The notes beneath the pieces were generated by a model, which was not told the origin of the DNA, did not search any database, and saw only the letters and a program-made list of their open reading frames with translations. 64,000 bases of DNA from assembly GCF_035999125.1 (NCBI RefSeq), contig NZ_DASYGX010000005.1, positions 46,159-110,158 on the forward strand, written 5' to 3'. Position numbers and translations under genes: made by a program. The stretch is from Brevundimonas sp. (GTDB lineage Bacteria; Pseudomonadota; Alphaproteobacteria; Caulobacterales; Caulobacteraceae). Each line of letters opens with the position of its first letter. The stretch's first letter is position 1. Positions 28,744-42,196 of the stretch are shown piece after piece.

Positions 28744-29298
28744 GTGGCCGACGAATTCAGAACGACCGAAGTCGGCGACCGCTACGCCCAGGCGCTGTTC
28801 GACCTGGCCGACGAGACGGGCGCGCTGGACGCCGTGCGCGCGGACCTGAAGTCGCTGCGCGCAGCCCACCGCGAGAGCGCCGACCTGCGCCGCCTGCTGA
28901 CCTCGCCCGTTCTGAAGTCCGAAGACGTGTCGCGGGGCCTGCTGGCCGTCGCCGACAAGGCGAAGTTCAACGTCACGACCCGCAACTTCCTGGGCCTGCT
29001 GGCCCAGAACGGCCGCGCCCGCGACCTGATGGGCGTGATCGTCGGCTTCGAGCGTCTGTACGCCAAGAAGACCGGCGTGGTGGCGGCCGAGGTCGTCTCG
29101 GCCCAGCCGCTGTCGACCGCGCAACTGACCCACGTCCGCTCGGCCCTGCTGAAGGCGCTGGGCAAGGCTCCCGAACTCACCGCCCGCGTCGATCCGTCGA
29201 TCCTGGGCGGCCTGAAGGTCAAGGTCGGCTCGAAGCTGTTCGACGCCTCGCTGAAGACCAAGCTCGATCAAATGAAGTTCGCGCTCAAGCGCGCCTAA
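28744..29298 (+). CDS. atpH: F1 ATP synthase subunit delta (OSCP)
   Basis: From the GTG at 28744: [31 protein letters not shown]..., ending in the [21 protein letters not shown] signature. The longer ORF from 28549 is Arg-rich junk. Confidence 0.9.
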   Translation: MADEFRTTEVGDRYAQALFDLADETGALDAVRADLKSLRAAHRESADLRRLLTSPVLKSEDVSRGLLAVADKAKFNVTTRNFLGLLAQNGRARDLMGVIVGFERLYAKKTGVVAAEVVSAQPLSTAQLTHVRSALLKALGKAPELTARVDPSILGGLKVKVGSKLFDASLKTKLDQMKFALKRA

Positions 29299-30879
<1,581 letters not shown>

Positions 30880-30912
30880 CCTGACCCCCGGAAGCTGAAA
30901 GAGTAGCGCCCG

Positions 30913-31791
30913 ATGGCCAGCCTCAAGGAAATGCGCAATCGGATCGGAAGCGTGAAGTCCACGCAGAAGATCACCAAGGCCCTGAACATGGTCGCCGCGG
31001 CCAAGCTGAAGCGCGCCCAGGACCAGGCCGAGAGCGCGCGTCCCTATGCCCGCAAGATGGCCGCCGTCATCGCCAATCTGGCGGCCGGCGTGTCGGGCGA
31101 CGGCGCGCCCAAGCTGCTGGCCGGCACCGGCCGCGACCAGAAGCACCTGATCGTCGTCGCCACGGGCGACAAGGGTCTGGCGGGCGGCTTCAACACCAAC
31201 GTCATCCGCGCCGCGCGCGAGCGGATCAACACGCTGGTGGCGCAGGGCAAGGACGTCCGCATCGTCGCCGTCGGCCGCAAGGTCCGCGACGGTCTGACCC
31301 GCCTGTACGGCGACAAGCTGATCCGCACCTTCGAGATGAGCGAGCACAAGACCGTCGGCCTGCCCGCCGCCGAGCCGGTGGCCCAGCTGATCGCCGAGGA
31401 GTTCGAGGCCGGGAACGCCGACGTCGTGACCCTGTTCTACAGCCGCTTCCAGTCGGTCATCGCCCAGGTGCCGACCGCCAAACAGCTGATCCCGGCGGTG
31501 GTGGACGGCGACGCCGCCCCCATCGACCTGAACGGCGCCGTCTATGAGTACGAACCGTCCGAGGAGGAGATCCTGGACGTCATCCTGCCGCGCAACGTCA
31601 CGACCCAGGTCCTTGCGGCGATGTACGAAAACCAGGCCAGCTTCTTCGGGGCCCAGATGGGCGCCATGGACAACGCCACCCGCAACGCGGGCGACCTGAT
31701 CCAGAGCTTGACCCTGCAATACAACCGCAAGCGCCAGGCCCAGATCACCACCGAACTGATCGAGATCATCGCCGGCGCCGAAGCGCTCTGA
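30913..31791 (+). CDS. atpG: F1 ATP synthase subunit gamma
   Basis: [23 protein letters not shown]...; C-terminal [39 protein letters not shown]. Confidence 0.95.
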   Translation: MASLKEMRNRIGSVKSTQKITKALNMVAAAKLKRAQDQAESARPYARKMAAVIANLAAGVSGDGAPKLLAGTGRDQKHLIVVATGDKGLAGGFNTNVIRAARERINTLVAQGKDVRIVAVGRKVRDGLTRLYGDKLIRTFEMSEHKTVGLPAAEPVAQLIAEEFEAGNADVVTLFYSRFQSVIAQVPTAKQLIPAVVDGDAAPIDLNGAVYEYEPSEEEILDVILPRNVTTQVLAAMYENQASFFGAQMGAMDNATRNAGDLIQSLTLQYNRKRQAQITTELIEIIAGAEAL

Positions 31792-31801
31792 TCTGACAGC
31801 A

Positions 31802-31830
31802 TTGACAGCAACGCTAGCAAGACCTAACTT
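31802..31830 (+). promoter_or_regulatory. Sigma70-like promoter candidate for vapBC inside the atp operon
   Basis: TTGACA (31802-31807), a 17-nt spacer, then TAACTT (31825-31830). The vapB ATG at 31837 lies 7 nt after the -10 box and no Shine-Dalgarno is visible. An 8-nt direct repeat tgacagca (31794-31801 and 31803-31810) overlaps the -35 box. Confidence 0.4.
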
Positions 31831-31836
31831 ACGACC

Positions 31837-32135
31837 ATGGGCGTCCTGACGGTTCGCAACATTCCGGATGAAGACCTCGCCGCCTTGCGCGTGCGGGCCG
31901 CCCAGCATGGGCGCAGCATGGAGGCTGAGGTGCGCGAGCTGATCCACCTCGCCATTCCCCGCACGCGTCGGGCCGAGGTTCCGCGACTGGAAGACCTGCC
32001 GCCGGTTCCCCCCGAGGTGCGCGAGCGTGTGGCGCGGGTGCAGGCGATGGTTCGAGAGGCCTTCGGCGGAGAGATGCCGAAGGGTCGCGTGGACGCCTTC
32101 CTCGCCGAACGTCGGGCCGAGGCGGAGCGCGGCGA

Positions 32136-32139
<4 letters not shown>
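31837..32139 (+). CDS. vapB: Type II antitoxin, ribbon-helix-helix (FitA/VapB-like)
   Basis: 100 aa. MGVLTVRNIPDEDLAALRVRAAQHGRSMEAEVRELI is the Arc/FitA-type RHH N-terminus. 4-nt overlap with the downstream PIN gene. Confidence 0.8.
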
Positions 32140-34079
<1,940 letters not shown>

Positions 34080-34080
<1 letters not shown>

Positions 34081-34625
34081 TGAAGACGACGGCCGTCATC
34101 CCGGCGATGATGGCCGCCTCGCTGTGCGCCACGGTCGCCGCGGCCCAGGAAGCCCGCATCGACCCCGTCGAAACGCCGCGAGTCTTCCGGGAAGCGGTGC
34201 TTGGCTTCTGCGCCGAGCGCATCCACGGAGAAGCTCTGATCCCGCACTCCGTCGATCCGACGGCTGAGGGATGGCTGGACGTGCGGCGTGACGCCCTCGT
34301 CACCGGTGGCCAGAGAATCTTCTCCGGACGGGTGCACGCCGCGACGGGCGTGATCGTCGACGTCGCTCCAAGCGGCAACACCTGCTTCGTGCAGATCAAC
34401 CTCGCCACCCCGGTTCTGGGGGTCGTCGATGAGCTTCGCGCAGAAATTCTCGGGCGCCCCGGCGCGACGCTTCTCGACGAACGCAACATGCCGGAAGGGC
34501 ATCACACGCTGTACGGACTGCTCGATGATCAGTCCGACGCTGTGCCGATCTTCGCGGTGAACGATTCTGGAGCTGAAGGACCCGTGGCGACGGTGATCGT
34601 CGCGATGGGCTCCAAGGAAAACTGA
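34080..34625 (+). CDS. Hypothetical exported protein encoded between atpD and atpC
   Basis: 181 aa. The ATG overlaps the atpD stop (TGATG) and its stop lies 1 nt before the atpC ATG. Signal peptide MKTTAVIPAMMAASLCATVAAAQEA. Two mature-region Cys residues. No recognisable family. Confidence 0.65.
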
Positions 34626-34626
34626 C

Positions 34627-34896
34627 ATGGCCGGCAAACTGAACTTCTCCCTCGTCTCGCCCGAGCGCGAGGTCTTCTCGGGCCTGGTGGACCAGGTCGA
34701 CGCCCCGGGCGTGGAGGGCGACTTCGGCGTCCTGGCCGACCACGCGCCCTTCATGACGGCGCTGAAGGAAGGCACGGTCGTCGTGATCGACGGCGGCACG
34801 CGCCGCCGGTTCGAGGTCCACGGCGGCTTCGCCGACGTGACCCCCGCCGGCCTGACCATCCTGGCCGAGCGCGCCCAGGAACTGACCGAGGCGTGA
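34627..34896 (+). CDS. atpC: F1 ATP synthase subunit epsilon (short form, 89 aa)
   Basis: MAGKLNFSLVSPEREVFSGLVDQVDAPGVEGDFGVLADHAPFMTAL... is the epsilon beta-sandwich domain. The ORF ends shortly after it. Confidence 0.88.
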   Translation: MAGKLNFSLVSPEREVFSGLVDQVDAPGVEGDFGVLADHAPFMTALKEGTVVVIDGGTRRRFEVHGGFADVTPAGLTILAERAQELTEA

Positions 34897-35471
34897 TGCG
34901 CGCCGCCGCCCTGGCCGGTCTGGTCTGGGCCTCGGCGGGCGTCGTCCAGGCGCAGACCGCTCAAGAGACGACCGACGCCGCCGTCCGCGGTGCGCTGTGG
35001 TGCGTGGGCAAGGCCGAGGAAGCGTTCAGGCCCGAGGTCGAGCCGACGACCTTTGAAGAGATCGTCGCCGATGGCCCCGGCGCGGGTTTTCAACTCGTCT
35101 TCGGCCAGATGTCGATGGCGTGGGTCTTTCATCCCACGCCGACGGGCGACGACGCCGCCGTCATGATCTTCGGCATTCCGGGCCAGTGCGGTGGCCAGAG
35201 CCTCGATGTGGGCGACGTGCGTCAAGCGGTGGAGACGGCTTACCTGAACGCGGGCTTTGCGACCGTCTTGGTGGACGGGCCGGACGGGGAGCGGATTCAG
35301 CTATGGCACAGGACGTCCGCTCTCGGCGGCGTCTACGCCGGAGTCGTCCCGGCCGAGGAGGCGCCGGATCGGGTGAACTTCTTCGCCGTGGAAGAGCCTC
35401 TCTTTCTGGAAGGCCTTCAATCGGCCGAGACGGACGCGGACTTTCAGGAGGAAGGCGGGCCCCCGGAGTGA
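34896..35471 (+). CDS. Hypothetical exported protein coupled to the atpC stop
   Basis: The GTG at 34893 or the ATG at 34896 overlaps the atpC TGA. Signal peptide MRAAALAGLVWASAGVVQAQ. Two Cys residues spaced similarly to those in the 34080 ORF. Acidic C-terminal tail. Confidence 0.6.
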   Translation: MRAAALAGLVWASAGVVQAQTAQETTDAAVRGALWCVGKAEEAFRPEVEPTTFEEIVADGPGAGFQLVFGQMSMAWVFHPTPTGDDAAVMIFGIPGQCGGQSLDVGDVRQAVETAYLNAGFATVLVDGPDGERIQLWHRTSALGGVYAGVVPAEEAPDRVNFFAVEEPLFLEGLQSAETDADFQEEGGPPE

Positions 35472-35525
35472 GCCGTCGGTCAGGCCGACGGGCCCCTCTT
35501 GACCGCGTGTGCTCAGAAAGGCCTG

Positions 35526-35774
35526 ATGGGTCCTTCCGCAGCCGGAGGTGGCCGTTTGCGCGTCCTGACCCTGTGCGTCGCCGCTCTTCTGGCGACCGGA
35601 TGCGCCGCCCTCGGCGAGCCGGTGCTGGACGCCGACGGCTGCCGGCCGGCCATGGCCATCTATCAGCCGCCGGTGCGGCTGGGCGGCACGGGCTCGATCC
35701 TGCACATCCCCCGCGCCTGCCCCGCGAAGACGCCGCCCGCCGCGCCGTCAGGAACCGAAGCTTCGCCGGAGTGA
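35526..35774 (+). CDS. Small putative lipoprotein
   Basis: MGPSAAGGGRLRVLTLCVAALLATGC carries an LATGC lipobox. High GC3. About 82 aa. The start is uncertain; the ORF-track start is 35499. Confidence 0.45.
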   Translation: MGPSAAGGGRLRVLTLCVAALLATGCAALGEPVLDADGCRPAMAIYQPPVRLGGTGSILHIPRACPAKTPPAAPSGTEASPE

Positions 35775-35817
35775 ACGAAAGCGGCTAGGCTCGGGCTCAA
35801 AGCTGGAGGAACCGCCC

Positions 35818-36330
35818 ATGCGCCCCATCGCTTTCGCCGCCCTGATCGCTTTGTCGGCTTGCGCCGCCGCCCCTCGGCCCGCCTGCGGCTGCCTGCCGCC
35901 CCGGCCGGACCCGACCGCGCCGACGCCCGTTCTGTCTCCGGAAGCCGAGGCCTTGCTGGTGATCGAAGCGCTGGAGACCGGCTGTCGCGACATGGGCACG
36001 CCGGCCGCCCCGACGCGCGAGGCCCTGTCCAACGGCTGGGTCCGCGTGATCCCAGCGACCCCATACGTGCCCTGCGCGGTGGAGGTGGACGGCCCGTCAG
36101 CGCGAATCACAGCCGTGGACGAGGCGCTGCTTGCCCATGCCGAGGCCATGGACCTGACGTGGAACGTCCGGGACTCCTATCCGCTGTGGACGGACGGTCG
36201 GCGCGTGGTCCGACGCGTCCGTGGCGAGAACGGCCTCGGCGAGCCGGAAATGGGCTGGACCTTCACCCAGTTCGAGGCGCCGTCCCAGACGACGACGACC
36301 CTGCGGATCGAGTGGCGCCCCGCGACTTGA
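35818..36330 (+). CDS. Putative lipoprotein
   Basis: GGAGGA Shine-Dalgarno 6 nt upstream. MRPIAFAALIALSAC lipobox. 170 aa, Cys-containing. No recognised family. Confidence 0.6.
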   Translation: MRPIAFAALIALSACAAAPRPACGCLPPRPDPTAPTPVLSPEAEALLVIEALETGCRDMGTPAAPTREALSNGWVRVIPATPYVPCAVEVDGPSARITAVDEALLAHAEAMDLTWNVRDSYPLWTDGRRVVRRVRGENGLGEPEMGWTFTQFEAPSQTTTTLRIEWRPAT

Positions 36331-36336
36331 CGGCTT

Positions 36337-36359
36337 GGGGCGGCTTGCCGCGCCGCCCC
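36337..36359. terminator. GC-rich hairpin between convergent genes
   Basis: ggggcggc-ttgccgc-gccgcccc, followed by ttgcccc. It sits between the 3' ends of the 35818 ORF (+) and the amidohydrolase gene (-). Confidence 0.45.
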
Positions 36360-36444
36360 TTGCCCCTGTGGCGTTTATGGCGGTCGTCCTCGTCCTTGTG
36401 GCCGCGAATGTCCCGCTTTTGTCCTGCCGAATGTGTCGCCCGCC

Positions 36445-37782
36445 TCAGCGCCCGTAGGCCGGCGGATACGCCCCCTCGCCGCCGGTGCGATAACGGTCGC
36501 GCAGCAGCAGGTTGCGCGCCGTCAGCGGCTGCTCCTGGCCCCGCACGAACACCGCCACGGGCTGGCTCAGCGGCTCCAGCGGGTCGCCGGACCAGACCAC
36601 CACGTCGGCCTCCGCCCCCGCCGACAGGGTCCCGAACCGGTCCCCCATGCCGAAGATGCGCGCCGGATTGGTGGTGATGGCCGCGATCGCCGCGTCGTGC
36701 GGCAGGCCGTGCGACACGGCGTTGCCGGCGTTGTAGCGGGTCTCGCGCGCCCGGTGGTTGGAGCCCTCGTTGCCCTTGATGGCGACGACGACCCCGGCGG
36801 CGTGCAGGGCGGCGGCGTTCTGCATCCGCGCGCCGCGCCGTTCCAGATTGCCGGGCAGGTTGGTCAGCGGATTCAGCAGCACCGGTACGTTCGCCGCGGC
36901 GATCTGGTCGGCGACCATCCAGCCTTCCTCGGCGCCGTCCAGGATGACGCGGATGTTCTCCTCGTCCGCGAGACGCAGCACCTGCAGGATGTCGGACGCC
37001 CGGTGCACCGTGACGATCAGGGGCATGCGCCCCTCGGCCACGGGGATCAGTGCCTCTAGATCGGCGCGGGACAGGCTGAGGTCACGCAGGCCGCCGCGCT
37101 CATAGGACGACCTGTTGCGGGCATAGAGGCGGACCTCGGCCATCGTCTCCTTGAACAGGGTGAACTCGGCCCCGCGGGCCCCGCCCGCCACGCCGGCTCC
37201 GGCGTCGCCGAAGGGCGCGACCATGGCCACGCGCGGGCGGACGAGAATGTCGCTCCCCTGACCGAGATGGATGACGGCCGCCTGACCGGCGAACAGGCCC
37301 GGCGTGTGATAGCCCCCCTCGCCCGCGCCGGCGGTGTCCTCCTCGTGGTAATGGCCGCCCGAGGAGCCCGGATGGTTCGGCACCACGATGGCGCGGGTCA
37401 CCCCGCCCAGACGCGCGGTCGGCAGGGTGATCGACCAGGGGTCGAGCCCATACGACACGTCGAAGGCCGCGCTGAGGGTGTTCGACGCGTTCGACAGGTC
37501 ATTGCCGACCGACGACACCTCCGACCCGCCCAGGCCGGAATCGACGGCCACGATGCCGGGCGTCACCACCTTGCCGGCGGCGTCGATCACGCGGGCGCCC
37601 GAGGGGGCGGCGCCGGTTCCGACCGAGACGATGCGGCCGTCGCGCATGACGACGGTGCCGTTCTCGATCACCGACGTGCCGGTGTGGACCCGGCCGCCGA
37701 CGATGGCGGTCACTTCCTGCGCCAGGGCGGGTCCGGCCACGGCCATCACGGCGGCGGCCATCAGAAGGGTGCGACGGATCAT
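36445..37782 (-). CDS. Amidohydrolase-superfamily paralog lacking the HxH metal motif, exported
   Basis: 445 aa with signal peptide MIRRTLLMAAAVMAVAGPALAQ. The N-terminal beta-domain GGRVHTG...VMRDGRIVSVG...IDAAGKVVTPGIVAV is followed by DSGLG where HxH is expected. ATGA overlap with the upstream amidohydrolase gene. Confidence 0.8.
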   Translation of the reverse strand: MIRRTLLMAAAVMAVAGPALAQEVTAIVGGRVHTGTSVIENGTVVMRDGRIVSVGTGAAPSGARVIDAAGKVVTPGIVAVDSGLGGSEVSSVGNDLSNASNTLSAAFDVSYGLDPWSITLPTARLGGVTRAIVVPNHPGSSGGHYHEEDTAGAGEGGYHTPGLFAGQAAVIHLGQGSDILVRPRVAMVAPFGDAGAGVAGGARGAEFTLFKETMAEVRLYARNRSSYERGGLRDLSLSRADLEALIPVAEGRMPLIVTVHRASDILQVLRLADEENIRVILDGAEEGWMVADQIAAANVPVLLNPLTNLPGNLERRGARMQNAAALHAAGVVVAIKGNEGSNHRARETRYNAGNAVSHGLPHDAAIAAITTNPARIFGMGDRFGTLSAGAEADVVVWSGDPLEPLSQPVAVFVRGQEQPLTARNLLLRDRYRTGGEGAYPPAYGR

Positions 37783-39248
37783 CAGCGGGCTCCCTGGCGG
37801 ACGCCGGCGGCCGTCCGGCCATATCCGGGCTGGCCCAGTTCGAAGTCGGACAGAGGCTGGTAGTTCGGATCGTTCCGGTCGAAGGCCAGGCCGCCGTCCA
37901 CGAACACCTGATCGGCGCGGGCGTAGACGCTGAACGGATTGGCGCTCCAGATCACCACGTCGGCGCGCTTGCCGGCTTCCAGCGATCCCGTCTGGTCGTC
38001 GATGCCGATGGCGCGGGCGGCGTTGGAGGTGATCCAGCTCATGGCGTGCTCTTCGGAGATCGTCATGCCGGCGCGGCGTCCGGCGGCCAAGGCGGCCGCC
38101 GCCTCCTGGTTCAGGCGCTGGGTAAGTTCCGCGTCGTCGGAGTGGACGACCGCGCAGCTGCCCTCCGGCGCGTCGACCAGGGCGACGTTCTCCTCGATGC
38201 CGTCCAGCGACTCCATCTTGAAGCCCCACCAGCCGGTCCACATGGCCGCGCAGATGTTCTCGCGCGCCAGCAACGGCGCGACCTTGTAGGCCTCGGTGGC
38301 GTGGTGGAAGGTCGTGATCTTGTAGCCGAACTCGCGCGACATATCGATCATCAACGCCATCTCGTCGCCGCGATAGCAGTGGTTCTGGATCAGGATCGAC
38401 CCGTCCAGCACGCCCACCAGGGTGTCGAGCTCGAGGTTGCGGGTCGGCGGCGTCCCCTCGCCCGTCTCGCGCCAGCGGTCCCATTTGTCTTTGTAATCCC
38501 TCGCGGAAATGAACGCGGCGCGATAGCCGGCCATGTTGCCCATGCCGGTCGCGGGCGAGGAGTTGCGGCCGCCGTAGACGCGGCTGGGGTTCTCGCCGCA
38601 GGCCATCTTCACGGTGTAGGGAGCGCCCGGGAACTTCATGCCCTGCATGGTCACCGACGGCACGTTGCGCAGCGTCACGCCGCGACCGCCGAACAGGTTG
38701 GCCGAGCCCGGCAGGATGTGGAGCGTGGTCACGCCGCCGGCGCGGGCGGTGTTGAAGCCCGGATCCTGGGGCCAGACCGAATGCTCGGCCCAGACCTCGG
38801 CGGTGTTCGGCTGGGTCGCCTCGTTGCCGTCGCTCATGCCAGTCACGCCGGGCGAGGGATAGACGCCCAGGTGGCTGTGCACGTCGATGATTCCGGGGGT
38901 CACGAAGCGGCCGCGCGCGTCGACGACGCGGTGCCCGCCGGGCACGGGGGTCGAGGCGTCGCCGACGGCGGCGATCTTGCCGTCGGTGACGATGACCACG
39001 CCGTTCTCGATCTTGCGGCCCGCGCCGTCGAAGACCGTGCCGCCGACGATGGCCATGTTCTCGCGCGGCAGTCCGCGATAGGTCGAAGGATAGGCGTCGG
39101 CGACCGTGGCGGGATCCAGCCCCTGGACCAGCGCCTTGCGCTCCTTCGGAGCCTCGGCGGCCGCGCCGTCTTCGGACGAACCGGTGCTGGCGCAGGCGGA
39201 CAGAACCAGCGCGGCCAGGCTGACGCCCAGCAGGGAAACGGATCTCAT
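37782..39248 (-). CDS. Amidohydrolase family protein (periplasmic/lipoprotein, dipeptidase-like)
   Basis: 488 aa. The signal LLGVSLAALVLSAC carries a lipobox. VTPGIIDVHSHLGVY contains a canonical HxH. The C-terminal GSLEAGKRADVVIWS is typical of the family. Confidence 0.85.
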   Translation of the reverse strand: MRSVSLLGVSLAALVLSACASTGSSEDGAAAEAPKERKALVQGLDPATVADAYPSTYRGLPRENMAIVGGTVFDGAGRKIENGVVIVTDGKIAAVGDASTPVPGGHRVVDARGRFVTPGIIDVHSHLGVYPSPGVTGMSDGNEATQPNTAEVWAEHSVWPQDPGFNTARAGGVTTLHILPGSANLFGGRGVTLRNVPSVTMQGMKFPGAPYTVKMACGENPSRVYGGRNSSPATGMGNMAGYRAAFISARDYKDKWDRWRETGEGTPPTRNLELDTLVGVLDGSILIQNHCYRGDEMALMIDMSREFGYKITTFHHATEAYKVAPLLARENICAAMWTGWWGFKMESLDGIEENVALVDAPEGSCAVVHSDDAELTQRLNQEAAAALAAGRRAGMTISEEHAMSWITSNAARAIGIDDQTGSLEAGKRADVVIWSANPFSVYARADQVFVDGGLAFDRNDPNYQPLSDFELGQPGYGRTAAGVRQGAR

Positions 39249-39373
39249 GCGGCAACCCCCGAACGGTCGGCCCCCTCGGCCGAGGCGGGGATTACAAGAG
39301 CGTCCGGCCCCTGACGTCGAGGCCCGATTTCATTACAAGTCCGTAAGGCGACGTTTCGCCTCAGGCCGCGTCT

Positions 39374-40303
39374 TCAACCCAGCGCCTTCATCAGCTCCGG
39401 CACGACGGTCTTGTAGTCGCCGACGAGGCCATAGTCCGCGACCTGGAAGATCGGGGCGTCGGCGTCCTTGTTGATGGCGACGATGACCTTGGAGTCCTTC
39501 ATGCCGGCCAGGTGCTGGATGGCGCCGGAGATGCCGATGGCGATGTAGAGGCCGGGCGCCACGACCTTGCCGGTCTGGCCGACCTGATAGTCGTTGGGGG
39601 CATAGCCGGCGTCCACGGCGGCGCGGCTGGCGCCCACGGCGGCGCCCAGCTTGTCGGCCAGCGGATCCATGACGGCGTGGAACTCTTCCGCCGAGCCGAG
39701 CGCGCGGCCGCCGGAGACCACGATCTTGGCGGCGCCCAGTTCCGGGCGGTCGGACTTGACCATCTCTTCGGAGACGAAGTCGGTCTTCGGCGCCGAGCCG
39801 CCGGCCACCGTCTCCACGGAGGCCGAGCCGCCCTCGCCCGCTGCGGTGAAGGCGGTCGGACGGACGGTGATGACCTTCTTGGCGTCGCCTGACTTGATCG
39901 TCTCCAGCGCGTTGCCGGCGTAGATCGGGCGCACGAAGGTGTCGGGGGACACGACCTCGATGATGTCCGAGATCGGCGCTGTGTCCAGCTTGGCGGCCAG
40001 GCGCGGGGCGAAGTTCTTGCCGTCGGTCGTGGCCGGGGCCAGCACGGCGTCATAGCCGCCGGCCAGCGGCAGGACGGTCGCCTCGACCGCCTCGGCCAGG
40101 GTCTTGCCCAGCTCGGCGCTCTCGGCCAGCAGCACCTTGGAGACGCCGTCGATCTTCGCGGCCTGGTCGGCCACGCCCTTTGCCCCCTGCCCCACGACCA
40201 GAACGTGGACGTCTCCGCCCAGGGCCTTGGCCGCGGTCACGGTCTTGTGGGTGGTGTCGCGAACGGTAGTTCCGTCGTGATCGGCGATGACGAGGACGGC
40301 CAT
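39374..40303 (-). CDS. etfA: Electron transfer flavoprotein subunit alpha
   Basis: 309 aa. [11 protein letters not shown]..., and the FAD-binding [38 protein letters not shown] signature. Confidence 0.93.
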   Translation of the reverse strand: MAVLVIADHDGTTVRDTTHKTVTAAKALGGDVHVLVVGQGAKGVADQAAKIDGVSKVLLAESAELGKTLAEAVEATVLPLAGGYDAVLAPATTDGKNFAPRLAAKLDTAPISDIIEVVSPDTFVRPIYAGNALETIKSGDAKKVITVRPTAFTAAGEGGSASVETVAGGSAPKTDFVSEEMVKSDRPELGAAKIVVSGGRALGSAEEFHAVMDPLADKLGAAVGASRAAVDAGYAPNDYQVGQTGKVVAPGLYIAIGISGAIQHLAGMKDSKVIVAINKDADAPIFQVADYGLVGDYKTVVPELMKALG

Positions 40304-41067
40304 CAGAGCGCTCCCGCGGATTTCAGTTTGGAAACCAGCTCGGCGGCGTCGGCCACCTTGATCCCGGCCGAGCGCTTGGGCGGCTCGGTGACCTTGACGA
40401 CCGTCAGGCGCGGCGCGACGTCGACGCCCCAGTCGGCGACCGATTTCACCGCGATCTCCTTCTTCTTGGCCTTCATGATGTTGGGCAGGGAGGCATAACG
40501 CGGCGTGTTCAGGCGCAGGTCCACGGTGACCACCGCCGGCAGCTGGGCCGCCACGGTCTGCAGGCCGCCGTCGACCTCACGCGTGACCACGGCCTTGCCG
40601 CCGTCGATCGCCAGCTTGCCGGCGAAGGTGGCCTGGGGCCAGTCGAGCAGGGCGGCCAGCATCTGGCCGACCGCATTGTTGTCGCCGTCGATCGACTGTT
40701 TGCCCATCAGGACCAGGTCGGGCTTCTCCTCCTCGACCACGGCCTTCAGCAGCTTGGCGACGGCCAGCGGCTCCAGGTCCGCGTCGGACTGGATCAGGAT
40801 GCCGCGGTCCGCGCCGATGGCGAGCGCGGTGCGGATGGTCTCCTGCGCCTGCGACGGGCCGATGGAGACGACGACGATCTCGGTGGCCGTGCCGGCCGCG
40901 TGGCCGCCCTTGCCTTCCTGCATCCGCACGGCCTCCTCGACGGCGATCTCGTCGAAGGGGTTCATGCTCATCTTGACGTTGGCCAGATCCACGCCGGTCT
41001 GGTCGGCCTTCACGCGGGCCTTGACGTTGTAGTCGATCACCCGTTTGACGGGGACGAGAACCTTCAT
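40303..41067 (-). CDS. etfB: Electron transfer flavoprotein subunit beta
   Basis: [19 protein letters not shown]...[14 protein letters not shown]; overlaps the etfA start. Start chosen at MKVL (41067). Confidence 0.93.
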   Translation of the reverse strand: MKVLVPVKRVIDYNVKARVKADQTGVDLANVKMSMNPFDEIAVEEAVRMQEGKGGHAAGTATEIVVVSIGPSQAQETIRTALAIGADRGILIQSDADLEPLAVAKLLKAVVEEEKPDLVLMGKQSIDGDNNAVGQMLAALLDWPQATFAGKLAIDGGKAVVTREVDGGLQTVAAQLPAVVTVDLRLNTPRYASLPNIMKAKKKEIAVKSVADWGVDVAPRLTVVKVTEPPKRSAGIKVADAAELVSKLKSAGAL

Positions 41068-41162
41068 CGGATCATCCATCGAAATGCCGAAATCTGGCGG
41101 CAGGGATTGGACCGACCGACCGGGCCTGTCAACGTGACCCGACGTAACGGCTGGGAGCGCCT

Positions 41163-41507
41163 ATGCATCGTCTGCTGACCTTCAAGCGCCTGAGCGTCCT
41201 GTTCCTTGTGGCCTTCGCCTGCTCGTTCGGCTTGGTCCTGGCCTATGACCAGCTGGTTCGGGCGCCGGGCGACCGCTGCGAGGAACAGGGCAAGTGGTGG
41301 GACCGCGAGGGCCGCGTCTGCGCCCAGCCCATCGCCATCGCCGAGATCACCGGCCGGCCCAACGGCGTCAGCCGCGAGGAAGCCTCTCGCCAGAAGAACC
41401 GCGAGCTGGTCGCCATCGAGCGCCAGCTGGCCGCAAACGAGAGGGCCGTCGCCGCCGACGCCGAACGCCAGCGCGCGGCGCTGGCCGCCGCAGAGGCCGC
41501 GCAGTAG
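41163..41507 (+). CDS. Hypothetical membrane-anchored coiled-coil protein
   Basis: 114 aa with one N-terminal TM segment (LSVLFLVAFACSFGLVLAY) and a C-terminal Ala/Arg/Glu-rich helix. No family recognised. Confidence 0.5.
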   Translation: MHRLLTFKRLSVLFLVAFACSFGLVLAYDQLVRAPGDRCEEQGKWWDREGRVCAQPIAIAEITGRPNGVSREEASRQKNRELVAIERQLAANERAVAADAERQRAALAAAEAAQ

Positions 41508-41521
41508 CGCCGCCGCGAGCG

Positions 41522-41546
41522 TGAGAGTCGAAAAAAAAGACTCTCA
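41522..41546. terminator. Hairpin with an A8 loop between convergent genes
   Basis: tgagagtc-gaaaaaaaa-gactctca, followed by tttcc. On the minus strand the loop reads T8. It lies between the 41163 ORF (+) and the adenosyltransferase gene (-). Confidence 0.5.
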
Positions 41547-41622
41547 TTTCCATCACCGTGGCGTCTCGCCAACGCCGATCATGCAAGCATGGGCGACGGG
41601 TGCGTCAGAAACGGACGCAGCG

Positions 41623-42195
41623 TCAGCGGGTCGCGCCGGGAACCCACTTCACGTCGTCGGCCCCGTTCGCGTTCGCCCGTCGGGCGGCGACGAACAGCCA
41701 GTCGGACAGGCGGTTGAGATAGCGCAAGGCCGCCGGCGTGGCTTCGCGTCCCGCCTCGACCATGGCTGTGGCGTCGCGCTCGGCGCGGCGGCAGACGGTG
41801 CGGGCCAGATGCAGATGCGCCGACAGGGCCGAGCCGCCGGGCAGGATGAAGCTGTCCAGGGACTTGAGGCTCTCGTTCATCCCATCGATCTCGGATTCCA
41901 GCCGCTCGACCTGGGCGTCGACGATGCGCAGCGCCTCCCACTTGGGCGCGGGCTCCAGCGGGGTGGCCAGGTCGGCCCCGAGGTCGAACAGCTCGTTCTG
42001 GATCCGGCCCAGCGCCGCGTCGATGCGATCGTTCTGGCCCGAATGCAGGCGGGCGACGCCGATCATTGAGTTCAGCTCGTCGACCGTGCCGTAGGCGGCG
42101 ACGCGCGGGTCGCATTTGGACACCGCCTCGCCGGTCGCCAGCCGCGTCGTGCCGTCGTCGCCTGTGCGGGTGTAGATGCGGTTCAGGACGACCAT
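41623..42195 (-). CDS. ATP:cob(I)alamin adenosyltransferase, PduO type
   Basis: MVVLNRIYTRTGDDGTTRLATGEAVSKCDPRVAAYGTVDELNSMIG is the PduO-type N-terminal signature. Confidence 0.88.
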   Translation of the reverse strand: MVVLNRIYTRTGDDGTTRLATGEAVSKCDPRVAAYGTVDELNSMIGVARLHSGQNDRIDAALGRIQNELFDLGADLATPLEPAPKWEALRIVDAQVERLESEIDGMNESLKSLDSFILPGGSALSAHLHLARTVCRRAERDATAMVEAGREATPAALRYLNRLSDWLFVAARRANANGADDVKWVPGATR

Positions 42196-42196
42196 C

